Assembly (NCBI GenBank): GCA_013265495.1
Contig: MU061578.1
Span: forward strand, 381,308 to 445,307
DNA length: 64,000 nt
Source of the DNA: Vicugna vicugna
Taxonomy: Eukaryota
Direction of reading: 5' to 3'
Shown here: positions 39,340 to 51,675 of the stretch, piece by piece
How positions within the stretch are numbered: the first letter of the stretch is position 1
Layout of the letters: the number at the start of each line of letters is the position of its first letter
Program-made: the position numbers and the translations under genes
Notes under the pieces: generated by a model
The model's database searches: none
What the model was told of the DNA's origin: nothing
What the model saw: the letters and a program-made list of their open reading frames with translations, nothing else

Positions 39340-39935
39340 CACAGCAGGTGCAACAGGCTCCGGGCACAGCCCTGCGGGAGGGAGGCCAAGCTCACAGGGA
39401 GAACTGGGCCTTTGAGGAGCAGGGCTGAGCACCGTGAGGGCCCCCCAAGCCCACCAGCCCCCTCGTATCTCCCGGCTCCCGGCTCGTCACCACCCCGGAA
39501 CCGCTCACCGGCCTGCGCACGTCCCTGCCGCGGCCCACGGGGAGGCCTCCACTGCTGCTCCCCTGAACTTCCGCTGTGGGGAAGGAGGGTGGAGGCCGAC
39601 CTCGGGCCCCACGTCTCCCAGCCACAGCGAGATCACCTTCGGGATGTACTCTGCCCGCGCCGTCCCTTTAGGACGCAGTGGGCGCGGCCTCGTGAGGTGA
39701 AGCCGGGCACCTCGGGGCGGCGGTGCGCCGGGCGTCTCCCGCCAAGTCCTGCAGCGGAAGTGGGGGGCGCATTGCATCCTGGGAGCAGCGTGAAGAGACG
39801 GCTCCGGGGCTGGGGAGGGGCGGGCAGGCACCGCCCCCACCCACAGGCCGCGGCCAGACCTCTGCACACACCGGGGTCGGGCGTCGTGCTCCAGAGAAGC
39901 GCACGGATCAGCCTGGGTGGGTCGGCCCCCAAACC
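39340..39935. promoter_or_regulatory. CpG island, probable bidirectional promoter
   Basis: The only long CpG-dense, GC-rich segment in the window. It has two identical divergent ETS/GABPA-type sites CAGCGGAAGT (minus 39567-39576, plus 39752-39761), GC boxes near 39714, 39817 and 39831, and a minus-strand donor CCG|GTGAGC at 39509/39508. Confidence 0.85.
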
Positions 39936-40669
39936 ACCCAAATATCACCTATGTTAAATTACTTTTTCAATAGTAGATGATTTATAGTTGATTAGGTAAT
40001 TAAATCAAATACAAGTGGCTGAAAGTAAATCTATTTTTATCATCCCTGTAAATTAAAAGTTCCGCATCATAAAAAATCATGACCATCTTGAAAATGACTA
40101 GTCAAGTGCCTTTTAGAGGCGAGTAGGATTTATTGTCAATTAACGTATTGAACTGTATAGTCAGCATAACCCTGTGCTCCAGACTTTTAAAATTATTGGC
40201 TTCCGCTTCTGACCTGTTTCCTATCATGGTAATGAAATGTATCTAACCATTCTCATATTGAACAATTCCGTAGTTTGCGTTTATATCTCACTATAACAAC
40301 ATTTCATTTTATTATTATCTCCAATCCCCTGTAATGAATACAAATACATTCCTTTTTCCCATCATGAGTTTATCAATTTTCATTGATTTGCCTATAATGA
40401 ATACAGTCAGGAAAAGAAAGGCAGACAGATCATATCCATTAAAGTGTCTTTGGCTTCAAAAGTTTGTGGCATTGTTTAATTAAAAAAGAAAAAGAAAGTC
40501 ATCAGGAAACTAATTAAAAAGAGACATTACTTTCAGGCCTGCTTATAAACAAGAAGTCAATAATTATTACAGAAAGGTACGTGGGAGCTATCACATTTAT
40601 AGAAATTTGGTATTTGTATCCAGCCCACTTGAAAAATAAAATGATTAATGCTTATCAAATATTTAGTGC

Positions 40670-41662
40670 ATATGGATAATCCCATTTTATCAGTTATAAT
40701 GTTCAACATTTTCCTAAGTTGATAAAGTCCAAAAGGAACTTTAAAAGCTAAGATGCAGTCATGACAAGTTCAATCTTCATAACTAGATGTGTTTGGCATC
40801 TCATATACACTCCTACTTGTGGTCAAAGTTTTATAAACCCACACTGGCTGTGTGACATTGAGAAATTTGTGTGTGTTTCTAGCTGCATAAATCTTTATCT
40901 TTAACAGTTTTTCTGAGATCTGTTCCAGAAAAATGACTTCCTGTTCTAAAAAATATTTTCTGTACCATTGAATTGGGAGCTCAGTAAAGCAACTGACTTT
41001 TCTGAGGCCACATTGCTCATGGAAGATGAGTTCCAACACTGGATATCAAGTCAACTGCTTATTTCACCTCCATGCAAGGCAATGAGCATCATCTTGCAAG
41101 AGTGAGAACACACATCCCACTTTCTCGCAGCCAAGGACTCAAAGCGAAGACTTCGAGATTTCCTCCACACATGTTCTCTAATCACTTTCCATCTTGCTAA
41201 AAGAAGCACTACTTGAAGTTAAAGAAGGGTTGGTTAAGAGTGAAAAATCACCCTGTATTTTGGGGTGTGCAAAGCAAACAGCCTTAGCAGGGCCAAGTGC
41301 TTTAGAGGTAAGTCTGTGGTCTTAGAACCATTTAACATAATCGTAATGGTTTTCTTCAAAATCCATCTCACTATGCCTTCAGTGACATTTCATGGCTCTA
41401 TAACCATTGCCTCTGTTTGGGCTTTGCATTTGTATCCCCACGTGGTGTTCTTATTTGGTATAAAATCCAGCAATTCAATAACATCTTAAAATTCTGAAAG
41501 AGGGAAATTTGTGAAATGCTAAGTATTCCAGATTTCCTTCTTGCTCCATGACTATTTGGAGTGGACAGGAGTATGCTGGTGAGAATAACATCTGGGGCTT
41601 CTAATTTTGTCCTGAGAAAGATGCTGATGGTGACTCTAGTTCTCAAGTCCAAGCTCTTCCAT
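40670..41662 (-). pseudogene. EBLN: Endogenous bornavirus-like nucleoprotein remnant, near full length, many stops and frameshifts
   Basis: Collinear translated blocks versus BoDV-1 N (from memory): VIELLDFIPN/LVFLCLLIPG; KWF*DHRLTSKAL/KFYGEKTTQRDL; SLLTNPSLTSSS/SLLIGVVIGSSS (~41243-41208); RWKVIREHVWRKS/RFKTMMAALNRPS; FESLAARKW..MLIAL/FNPHEAIDW..FVLSL; LEQEVIFLEQISEKL/VAYEIRDFLEVSAKL and KFLNV/SFPNL (ORF 40770-41039); LRKMLNIITDKMGLS/LSGEISAIMRMIGVT. ATG at 41662. Confidence 0.8.
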
Positions 41663-41911
41663 GGGGTAGAGAGTTTCCCTTTAAAAAAAACTACTGATAC
41701 AGAAACTGTGCCTTATTTAGGGATAACAATGATATTAGTCACCCAAACAGAGGCATAGAAATGCCAGGCAAAAACTGGGACTATCTCCAACAATAAGATA
41801 TGTTTATTTACCCTTCTTATTCCTCCCCACATCTTCTGCCAATTAGTCCATGGTAAGTGCCTAGTAAACTCTGCTGAAAGAAAGAGCTTTTATTTTTATT
41901 CTGCTAGAACT

Positions 41912-42075
41912 TGATAGCCAAAGTGTGGTCCATGGAGCACCAGCATCAGTGTTACCTGGGTGCTTGTTAGAAATCCACAATCTCACACCCTACTCCAGAT
42001 TTATTGAATTGGAATCTGCATTTTAACAAGATCCCCAGGAAATTCATTTGCATATTTGAATTTGAGAAGCATTGA
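41912..42075. mobile_element. MER5A
   Basis: caaagtgtggtcc..cagcatcag..gaatctgcattttaacaagatccccagg..ttgagaagca. Confidence 0.88.
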
Positions 42076-42164
42076 GGTACAGTAGATCAGGGTTGGTACA
42101 GGCTCAGTAGTTCTTTAATTTTCCTGCCCATTAGAATCAATTGAGTAGTTCTGAAAATAATATA

Positions 42165-43350
42165 GACTCACCATTCTCTATGACCCAATAATCCCACTTC
42201 CTGGAATATAATCTAGAGAAACTATCATGCATTTGAACAAGGGGATATGTTTGAAAATGTTCACTGCAACATTGTAAAAGTGAAAAATTTGTAAACATCT
42301 TAAATGTATGTTAATGAAAAAGTAGATAAATTGCAATAAATGCAAACAGTAGAATATTATACAGCAAAGAAAACAAAGGAACTGGTACTACATTCATCAA
42401 AGTGGTTACATCTCAAAATATATACTTGAGAGATCAAAGAAAATTGTGAAAGAGAATGTGGAGTTAAATAATGCATATAAATTCAAAAAGATACATGCAC
42501 CCCAATGTTCATAGCAGCACTATTTACAAAAGCCAAGACATGGAAGCAACCTAAATGTCCATCAACAGATGGCTGACTGAATAAAGAAGTTGTGGTATAT
42601 TTATACAAGGGAATACTATTCATCCCTAAAAAGAATAAAGTAATGCTGTTTGCAGCAACATGGATGGACCTAGAGATCATCATTCTAAATGAAGTAAGCC
42701 AGAAAGAGAAAGAAAAATGCCATGATATCACTCATATATGGAATCTTAAAAAAAAAAGACACTATAGATGCATGTACTAAACAGAAACAGACTCACAGAC
42801 ATAGTAAACAATCTTATGGTTACTAGGGAAAGGGGGTAGGAAGGGATAAATTTGGGAGTTTGAGATTTTAAAATGTTAGCCACTACATATAAAAATAGAT
42901 TTGAAAAAACAACTTTCTTCTGTATGTGACAGGGAACTATATTCAATATCTTGTAATAATTTTTAATGAAAAAGAATGTGAAAACAAATATATGTATGTA
43001 TATGCATGACTGGGACATTGTGCTGCACACCAGAAACTGACACATTGTAACTGACTGTATTTCAATAAAATATGCATATAGTATTAAATATGCAAAATGA
43101 TACTATATATTACACATGAACATACATATTCTAGTAAAAGTATGTAAGCATAGATGATATAGTAAACATGGGACTCAGGATAAAGGCTACTGCCTATGGG
43201 GAGGGAAAAAGTGCAATAATATCAGAGAGGGGTACAGAAGGGACTTTAATTATACATGATGTGTTTTATTTTTAAGCTTGGTGGTAAACACATGAATGTA
43301 TGCTTTATTTTCTGTGAGATTTGTTTCCTTATAGTATTTCATAATAATTT
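42165..43350 (+). mobile_element. Old L1M 3' end with a young L1 3' end (42480-43070) nested inside
   Basis: Direct repeat ATGCATATA at 42471-42479 and 43072-43080 flanks the inner L1. Confidence 0.85.
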
Positions 43351-43499
43351 CTAGAATACAGATTACCAGGTCCTACTCTATAATTTCCAAATGAAAATTA
43401 CCAAGAACAATCCCCAGTGTATGTTCAGTGGTTCTAAAGTGTTACTCACCCTGTCACCCTATTTGACAAAATGACTTAAGAATTTTGTCTTCCATACCA

Positions 43500-43990
43500 C
43501 TTAGGGGTTGCATTTGGCTGCTAGGAGCAGCAATTCATTTACAGTGGCTTGAACACACTGGTTATTTATTAACATATGAGTATTCTGAAAGTAGATAGTT
43601 CAGGATTTTTATGGTGGTTCCACAGGATCTGCTTGGACACAGAGTCCCTTTTATATTTCTATTTTGCTAACCTTAACACTGATTTCCATTTGCAAAGTCT
43701 TCATAATCCAAGATGGCTACTGGAGTTGCAGCCATATTAAAAGAAGCCAAAAGGAAAAAAGGGTGGTAGTGACAGAAAAAGGAGCTACCTCCAAGCCCAG
43801 GTGGTTCTTAGTAGCATACTTTTTCAAAACCCCACACAACACTTCCACTTGTATCTCATTGACCAGAACCGTAAATGAGACTGAAAGATGTAATCTTTGA
43901 ACTTGACACAATGCTCTGAATAAAATCACATTCTGCCAGGAAGTAAGAAAAAAAGAATGGATACAATGTAGGTAGCTAGCACTATGTGTC
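43500..43990 (-). mobile_element. Old MLT1 (J/K-like) LTR
   Basis: caagatggctactggagttgcagccat..acttccacttgtatctcattgaccagaac. Confidence 0.7.
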
Positions 43991-44357
43991 AGCCTTTTCA
44001 AATCAGTGTGCACCCTTTTAGTTTTGGGATACTTGATTCTGGTCAAACTGCACTATCATCATCCCAACTTTGAATTGGAGGAAAGCTTAGAGAAATGATT
44101 TTCCCTATAAATGAAGGGGGATAAAAAGTGAAGGGGGGTTTAAATGGAAGTGTGGGAGCACAGAGTATGGGCTGGGGGGGAGGGGTCAGGGAATGCTTTC
44201 TGTGGGAAGACACGTCTGAGGTAAATCTCAAAGGAGGAACCCAGAATGGATGGATATTTCTAGCCCAGAGGCAGAAAAGTAGGTAAAGAGAAGTCAATGA
44301 AACTAAGTCTCAGAGCACCTTTCTTAAATGCTCCTCTTCAGAGACCACTGCCCTAGA

Positions 44358-44566
44358 GCAGAGTTGACACACTTTTTACACAAAAGGGCCAGACAGTAGA
44401 TATTTTAGACTTTGTAGTCGTACTTTCTCTATTGTAAGCACTCAGTTCTGTCTCCTTGTAGCAGGAACACAGCCATGGACAATAGACATGAACAATCAGA
44501 CATGACTGTGTTCCAATAAAACTTTATTTACAAAAACAGAAGTTGGCTTCAGTTTACCAACCTCTG
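44358..44566. mobile_element. MER58A, followed by a hAT-Tip100-like fragment to about 44920
   Basis: aaagggccagacagtagatatttta..tgtgttccaataaaactttatttacaaaaacag. Confidence 0.85.
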
Positions 44567-45951
44567 CCCTTGAGGAAAAGCTGAATTATCTTTCCATTCT
44601 CCTTGTGGAAAATGACATCCCCAAATCTTGGGCATATGAAGAAGCGATCCATAAATATGAATTTTTAAAAAGTAGGAAAATCACATTATGTTCATAGATG
44701 TCAGAAAGAAAATGATAGAAATAGTATTGTTTTTTCTGGATAAAAAACTTTCTGATTTTTTTCAGCCTTTTAATGTGTAATTTGCCATCTTTTTATTATA
44801 TGAAATAAGTATTCATATTAATACCTACATTTTTATTATTTTAAAATATTTCCTTAAAGAGAGCTTCCAAAATTGTATAAGCTTTCAGCCCTACAAAGAA
44901 ACAGATCCATTTCTGCCCAGAGGCATGAGAGAATTGCACATTGGGTGAATTGCAAGTAATTTGGTATTGCTCATGCGAAATAGTGAAGTGATTAAAATCA
45001 CAGTCAGACTGCCTGTGTTGAAATCCGAGTCTTACTACTTATTAGCTGTAAGACTTGGGAAAGCTATTTTCTCCTTTTTTTTTTTTCCTCATGTGTAGAA
45101 TGGAGATAAGAACACTCCCAGCCTTGAAGGGTTGTTGGGAAGATGTGATGAGATAATTCACGCCAAGGAGAAGTACAATGTGTAGTATCTGGTAAGGACT
45201 AGTGGTGAAGATGAGGACGGTGAGGAGCATGAAGATGGTGAGGGATGTGGCTGGCGGGCAGGGGGCAAATGGGGTTGGATGCAAAGGGCTGTGTATGCAT
45301 AGGAGGCATATGGAATCCATCCTGGAGACAATGTGGAATACAGGAGTTTCAGTCCACAACTGGCCTGATCAGATTTTCATGAGCTCCAGAAGCTGTGAAT
45401 CACTGGCTCTAAAAGAGAAGGTGAAGTGGGCCCAGCTCAGTCAATACATGCAGTGTCAGCAAAGTTGGGGGTTTAGTTTTCAAAATCCCTCACAGGGAAA
45501 TCTGTTGAGTTATATCACCCGGCATTAGCGGCCCTGAGCAGAAGGAAATGAAATGCCTCAGCGAAGGCCTGGAAGGGTCCTTAAGGACTGGTGTAATTAA
45601 AGCTATCTATCCATGTTGCCAGGCATTGGAAGGCGGAGGTGAAGGTTTGTATCAAAGAATGGTGTGAAGGCCAAGTTCCGGATGCTCCTCGGTGGCCCAG
45701 GTAGGGCTGTCCATCACAGCGGTGACAGAGTAAGAGACTCCAAACCCATGCCGCCTGGCTGTGCATTGTTTCACTAAACGCTCTGTTTATGAGGAGACAA
45801 GGTCAGGCAGTGTTAACAGAAAATGCCCAAGCACAGGGGTGGTATTAGGCATGACAATTACCACGGGGGCCTCATCCAGGCTGGACAAGCAATATTCTTC
45901 TGCTCTACTCGTGCTTCAGATGTCTTTTCTTTCTAGTTTTTAACACAACTG

Positions 45952-45978
45952 TGATGATGATGATGATGATGATGATGA
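45952..45978 (+). repeat. (TGA)9 microsatellite
   Basis: Counted directly. Confidence 0.95.
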
Positions 45979-46279
45979 TAATAAATTCTTTGGGTAATAC
46001 TTTTGTTAAACATCAAGCTATCATCCTAAGCAATCAGCTCTGTGATGGCGGAGAATATTTCTGTCCAATTCACTTCTCTATCCCCAGTACTTGGCATGGC
46101 GAAGGCACACAATAGCCTTGGTGCTATTTGTTGTATAAATAACTCGATAATTTAGGAGGGCTCCTCCTGGCAGGTGTGGGGAGTCAGCTGAGAGAGTCTT
46201 TCTCCTGATCGAGATGCTCCATTAACCTGTATTAACGTGGTTCATGATTCACTCTTCTCTCACTCATTCTTTTCATTTT

Positions 46280-46735
46280 CAGTTCTTCAAACAGCTTTAT
46301 TGAGATATAATTCACGTACCAAACAATTTGCTGATTCTAAATGCACAATTCAGTGGCTTTCAGTATATTTAGAGAGTACTGCATCCATCACCACCATCAA
46401 TTTTTTAGAAAGTTTTCACTTCTGGAAAAGAAACTCCATACCCTTCATCCTCCCCAGGCCCCAGAAACCCACCAGTCTACTTTTGGTATCTATGGATTTT
46501 TCCATTCTGGATATTTCATGTAAATAAAATCATATAATAGGTGGTCCCTTGTGACTAGCTTTTTTCACTTAAGCATAATGATTTTAAGGTTCATCCACAA
46601 TGCAGCGTATAGAGGTACTTCATTTATTTTTACTGCCAGATAACATTCCATTGTATGGATATACCACATTTTGTTTATCTGTTCATCAGTTGATGGATAT
46701 TTGGGCTGTTTCCACTTGGGGGGCTTTTATGAAAC
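46280..46735 (-). mobile_element. L1MB-type 3' end
   Basis: acagctttattgagatataattcac..cattccattgtatggatataccacattttgtttatc. Confidence 0.88.
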
Positions 46736-49289
46736 TCATTCTTCCTTAAACACTGATTAGCACCTATGGTTCATTGAGCACTGTTCTGGGCTCCTTACGT
46801 GAAGATTAGTAGGAGTTGGTCTTTGCCCAGGTAGAACATTGCATCCTTTAGCAAGAGGCTATAGTTAAGGTGCTAAAGGAAAGGGCTAAAGAAATCCAGA
46901 GGAAAGAACAAGCATGTTTGCAACTAAAGGGATGGAGTCAGTGATTAAGGCTGGATGGGTGGGAGTTTAGCAGAAGATCTGAGAAGGCTGCCCAAGGCAG
47001 AGGAAACTGAGCAGATGTGTCGTGCTGTGGACATGCCCTGTGTGTTCAGGACAGGGTGAGTAGATTGGGGTGGCTGGTGGTCAGAGTACATGGTGAGGAG
47101 ATGGGAAGTGAGGCTGACGGAAGCTTCTACACACAGGGATATGTGGGGGGGTTAAACAATGAAAAGCAAGTCTCTTCCACCCCAGACTCCCAATGTTTAG
47201 TTATCTGTGTCAACAGTTTATCTAACACAAGTTCACTTAGGAATTACAATAATAATTTCACAAGTCAATAGCATATAGGATAATGACTCTTAATAAGCCA
47301 ACAAGAAAGAACATAATCCAAACCAATGATAGATTAATTACATTATTGTTCCATAAAAAGAAGATGAAAGAAATAAAGTCCATATTTAGTTGAGGTGTAT
47401 CTTTCTACGAGGTGGTTCTTGGGAGAGTTGGCTTCATCAACCATGAGCTGATGCCCAACAGCAGGGGAAAGGAAAGTGAAGAGTCCCTGCTGCTAGGGAA
47501 CGGTGGCGCCGCTGCTGGCCGGCAAGATGACCTTCTTCCAGGGGCCACTGCATGGCTTTTGCCACTGCTGGTAAGAGTCACCTTTACTACAGCAGGAACT
47601 AATGCCTCAAGGTCTTCAGAGAGCTCAGCAAATGGTAGCCTTGCCCAGACCTAACACATTCAGATGATCCTCACAAACTTTGAGCACTTACGGTCTAAAT
47701 GTCCCTCCCTGACCCCATAGTTGCTTCTTCATGTGTTCTTATTGATAAGCCCCCAAGCTGAGCTACTGAGTGCCTATCAGCAGCCACAGGTGGGGATGCT
47801 GACACCCTGATGCACCATCTCACTTTCATATCAAAACAATAACTTCATTCTTGAAAACAACTTCACTCTTAAAAACTTCATTTTTCTCATAAACAAGTGG
47901 ATTTGACATCATAATCAAACCACTGCACAACAGAGAAGCATGCCCTTTTCTCTGATAAAGTAAACAACAAATATTTACTGAGCCTTTACTATGTCCAGAT
48001 CCCAGAGATAGAATAAGGAAAAAGACAAAAAGTCTTTGCACTCACAGAAGTCACATTTTAGTGGGGAAAGACTGATGATACACAAATGAAGAAATGTCTA
48101 CTTTCCTGTCGCTGCTTTTTTTAAAAAACATATAAAGGATTATCCTACTTACACAGTTCTACGACTTGCTTTTCTTTTTTTTCACTTAAAAAGATATCTC
48201 GGCAAATTGATCTATAAAAGCACTTAGTGTCCACTTTATGCTTAAAAAAAAAAAGCCACATGGCATCCATGCTAGAGTCAGCATAATTTATTTAAATAGC
48301 AGCAGTTAATGACCACATAGGGATTTTTCCCCAATCTTTCTTGTAAACAGTGTTGCAATGGACACACTTGACTAGGATAGCTGAAGGTAAGTTAGGAGAA
48401 TTGGACTGTCAGGGTAAAGAGAATGTGCTTTTTTTTCTTCATGGTATATATTCACAAGTTATTCTGCTGGGGCAGCTGCAATGTGTTTCTACTTCTATGA
48501 ATGAAGTATAAGTGTTGAAACATTTTAAATAGGGAAACCAACATGACTACGTGTGTGTGTGTTTTAGAAATATCATGGAGAAGCTCGTTTGAGTTGGGGG
48601 GTGAGTTGGCAGTGAGGGAGACTAAATGAAAGAAATACCAGTTTGCGGTTACCGAGGGTTAAGAGACGCTGTGTCAGAGGCAGGGTCAGGGTCAGGATGC
48701 AGGCAAGAGAAGTCCACGACGCCGGCCGTGGAAGGAAGGAAATGGAAGGTTTCAAATATATTATGTTGAGGTGAAGGGGTCTGGAAGAACAGGAAGCTGA
48801 GGCTCGAGGGAAGAATGCATGATTGATTCCGGAAGCCAGCCTGGTGCCTTCCAAAGGCACAAAATCCAAAGCACCTAGGAGAGCTCACCTTGAGGGACTC
48901 CCAGCAAAGCCTGAAGAAACAAAACTCCCAGCCGTCCATGTGGGAAATCGCACCTGTCTTTGGAAAGAGGCCCTGGGCCAAGCTTCCTATCCAGGGGAAC
49001 AGAAGGAACGAGGCACTCTTCCTGAAGAAAGAGTGTGGTGTGAAGCTACCGGGGGACCAGACAGCATTCTTGAAAATCGGAGGTTTCTTCTGATTCCGTC
49101 ACTGGAATCATCACCAAGTGGGGCTTCATTGAGGGCTTCTTGAGGGAAACTACCAGACTTCAAGGGACACTTTCTTCAGGTTTCTGGGACTCAGTTTGGA
49201 GATGCAGACAATTGCATCCTGGCTAGACATTCAAGATTCTAAAAAATTCTGCAGTTTGAAATGTAGACCCAAATATCCACTTCCAATTC

Positions 49290-51675
49290 TGACAAACGTG
49301 TTTGTATTAGATCAACACTCTCATCAGAAAATTGTGTTATAATAGAAGGCATTTGATAGTTATCAGAGCAGCTATGACTTGGCAGCGGGGTAGTGGTGGC
49401 AAGGTTTTGCAGAGAAGGGAAACCACTGAGGTGAGCCCAGGCAGCACCAGAATCTGAGCAGAAACCATCTGCACAGAGTCAGAGAAGTTGACTGGAACTT
49501 TTATTCATCTCGTCGGGTTGTGGAGGCCAAAAAGGAAAGCAAAAAGAAGTTCAGAATTACCCAGACAGCCAGGACCATAGTGGGCACGATCTGAGAAAGA
49601 AGGTAAGTACAGGAGTGGAGCCTGATATTCTAGGCTGATTTCCCCCTTGAATTATTGGTTTATTTTTAAGTGGAGGACAGGGTGAGAGACAGAGCACCAG
49701 GCAGAAAGTCACCACTGGGAGAATCAGAAGCTAGCCAAAAGTTCAGAAGAGAGAAGGATTGGGATTCAGGATTCAACAGGGTGGGAAAGCTCTACTAAAC
49801 ATGATAGGTATTTCACTGGGGATGCTGAAGGATTTATACACCAGGAGGAGAGCAGAAATAAAATGGAAGTTTTTATGAGGCTAAAACATACTTTGAACCA
49901 TCTTGATTCTTGATTATATTTTGATAATCTGCTCCTACTTGAACTTCTGGCTATAAGTTAAATAAAACTTTCCAGGAGAAATACAAAAGCATCCAGAGCT
50001 TCTCTGTTTTTTTCCCAAATATATGTGGTATTGCATCCATGCAATAATTACCATGCAAACCAAGATGTGAGACCAATAGAAGAAATAGATAATAGAAACA
50101 GAGCCAGGAGTGATCCATGTATTGGATAGTACATTAAAAATGGTCTGAAAAACACTGTGATTAGTATCTTCAAATTATGAAAGACAAGATAGATAATTTA
50201 GAAAGAAAACTGAAGTACCGAGAAACTAATTTAATTAAAACATTAGACTGGAAAAAAGAAATTATCATTGTAGTAATGCTAACTCACACAACAGTCATAT
50301 ACAAAGAAAGTATTAATTAATTGTAAAATAAAGTAGAAAGCACTTAGGACAGAAGCTCAGAGAGAAAAAGTATGAGTGAAAAACAGAAAAGTCATATGGG
50401 ACACAGTGCTTTGATCTAACATTGCATGTATCTGGGCTATCAGAATTGTACGTCAGACAGAAATGGACAGAAGCAACATTTGAAGAAACAATGCTTCAGA
50501 ATTTTCTAAAACTGATGAAAGATATCAACCCACAGATTCAAGAAGCACTACAAACTCAAGTAAGATAAATACAACGAAAACCACACTAGGTCACATTCCA
50601 GTAAGACTGCTGAAAACCAAAGACAGAAAATCTTAAAAGCAGACAGAGAAAAAAACCCAATACGTTGTCTTCAGAGAAATAACAATGACAGCTAATTCTC
50701 AGGAAAAGATGGAAAACAAAATATAAACATTGAATAAAAGTAACTATCAACCTAGAATTCTATATAGCAAAAAAACACTTAAAAAGTAAAGGTAAAATAT
50801 GGGCATTTCCAGAAAAACAAAACCTGAGATAATTTATAGCATACCTATACTAAAAGAAACAGTTGAAAATTTAAGTTCTTCAAGCTTGGAAAAAATTATT
50901 CTAGACAGAAGCGTGGAAATGCAGGAAGGAATGAAAACCAATAAAAAAAAGCTGATTAGATATATGTATAAAACATGCTTCAATTGATGGTACCGAAAGA
51001 TAATATTGCCCTATGTGATTTGAAATATACGCAGAATTAAAATAGATAGATAACAATTTTATAACAAAAGGCAAGAGGTGGTAAATGAAGCTAAAATATA
51101 CTGAGGTTCTAATATCTGGAAAGGAGTGAAAGCAGTAATTTATATTTGACTATAGCCAAGGTTACATGCTCTACTCTATTAAAAGATTAGTGAAATTATG
51201 AACAATTATTATTTCAGTAGATGGCGACATGCCATAACACCCCAATAAAAAATCAAGTAAAGGAGCAGGAGGAAAAAGGGATACATGAGACAAATAGAAA
51301 AAATAGGAAGGTGGTGAAGTTACACCTAAATATATCATAAATTATATTATCATATAAATTATCATAAAGTATATTAAAAGTTATACCATAAATTATATTA
51401 ATAAATATACTATAAATAACAATAATCATATTGTACCATATATATCCTAAATTATATTAATATATCATAAATTACATTAAAGTTATATTAAACATAAATA
51501 GATAATCCAATTAAAAGACAAGGATTATCAGAATGGGAAACAGATAGATATATTTTCTGCTTACAAATATACTCCTTAGATGTGAGGATCAATTGACATT
51601 GAAAATAAAAGCATGGTAAGGATACACCAGGCAAACACTATCCAAAAGAAAGCAGATACAGCTATGCTAATATAA
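49290..51675 (+). mobile_element. Old L1M 5' region, ORF1 and ORF2 start, with an AT-rich degenerate tandem repeat at about 51330-51500
   Basis: ORF1-like gaattttctaaaactgatgaaagatatcaacccacagattcaagaagc; ORF2-like ccaattaaaagacaaggattatcagaatgg. Confidence 0.8.

Larger units (their letters stand above)
33615..39580 (-). ncRNA. Predicted spliced, probably non-coding transcript: exon 1 ends at 39509, terminal exon 34210 to about 33615
   Basis: Donor at 39508. Branch point CCCTAAT (34279-34273), a ~55-nt almost pure pyrimidine tract and CAG| at 34211. ATTAAA (33658-33653) and AATAAA (33642-33637) follow. Start site and any internal exons are unknown. Confidence 0.5.

Noticed and set aside
39392..39980. 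Several overlapping 77-181 aa ORFs
   Set aside because: Expected in GC-rich DNA; low-complexity P/G/R/A peptides with no recognisable family.
40770..40900. KFLNV..TLTTS read as a hAT transposase dimerisation motif
   Set aside because: The flanking 1 kb fits bornavirus N throughout, and I saw no terminal inverted repeats.
47500..47525. CTCF-like GGCCAGCAGCGGCGCC on the minus strand
   Set aside because: One base short in the core spacing.
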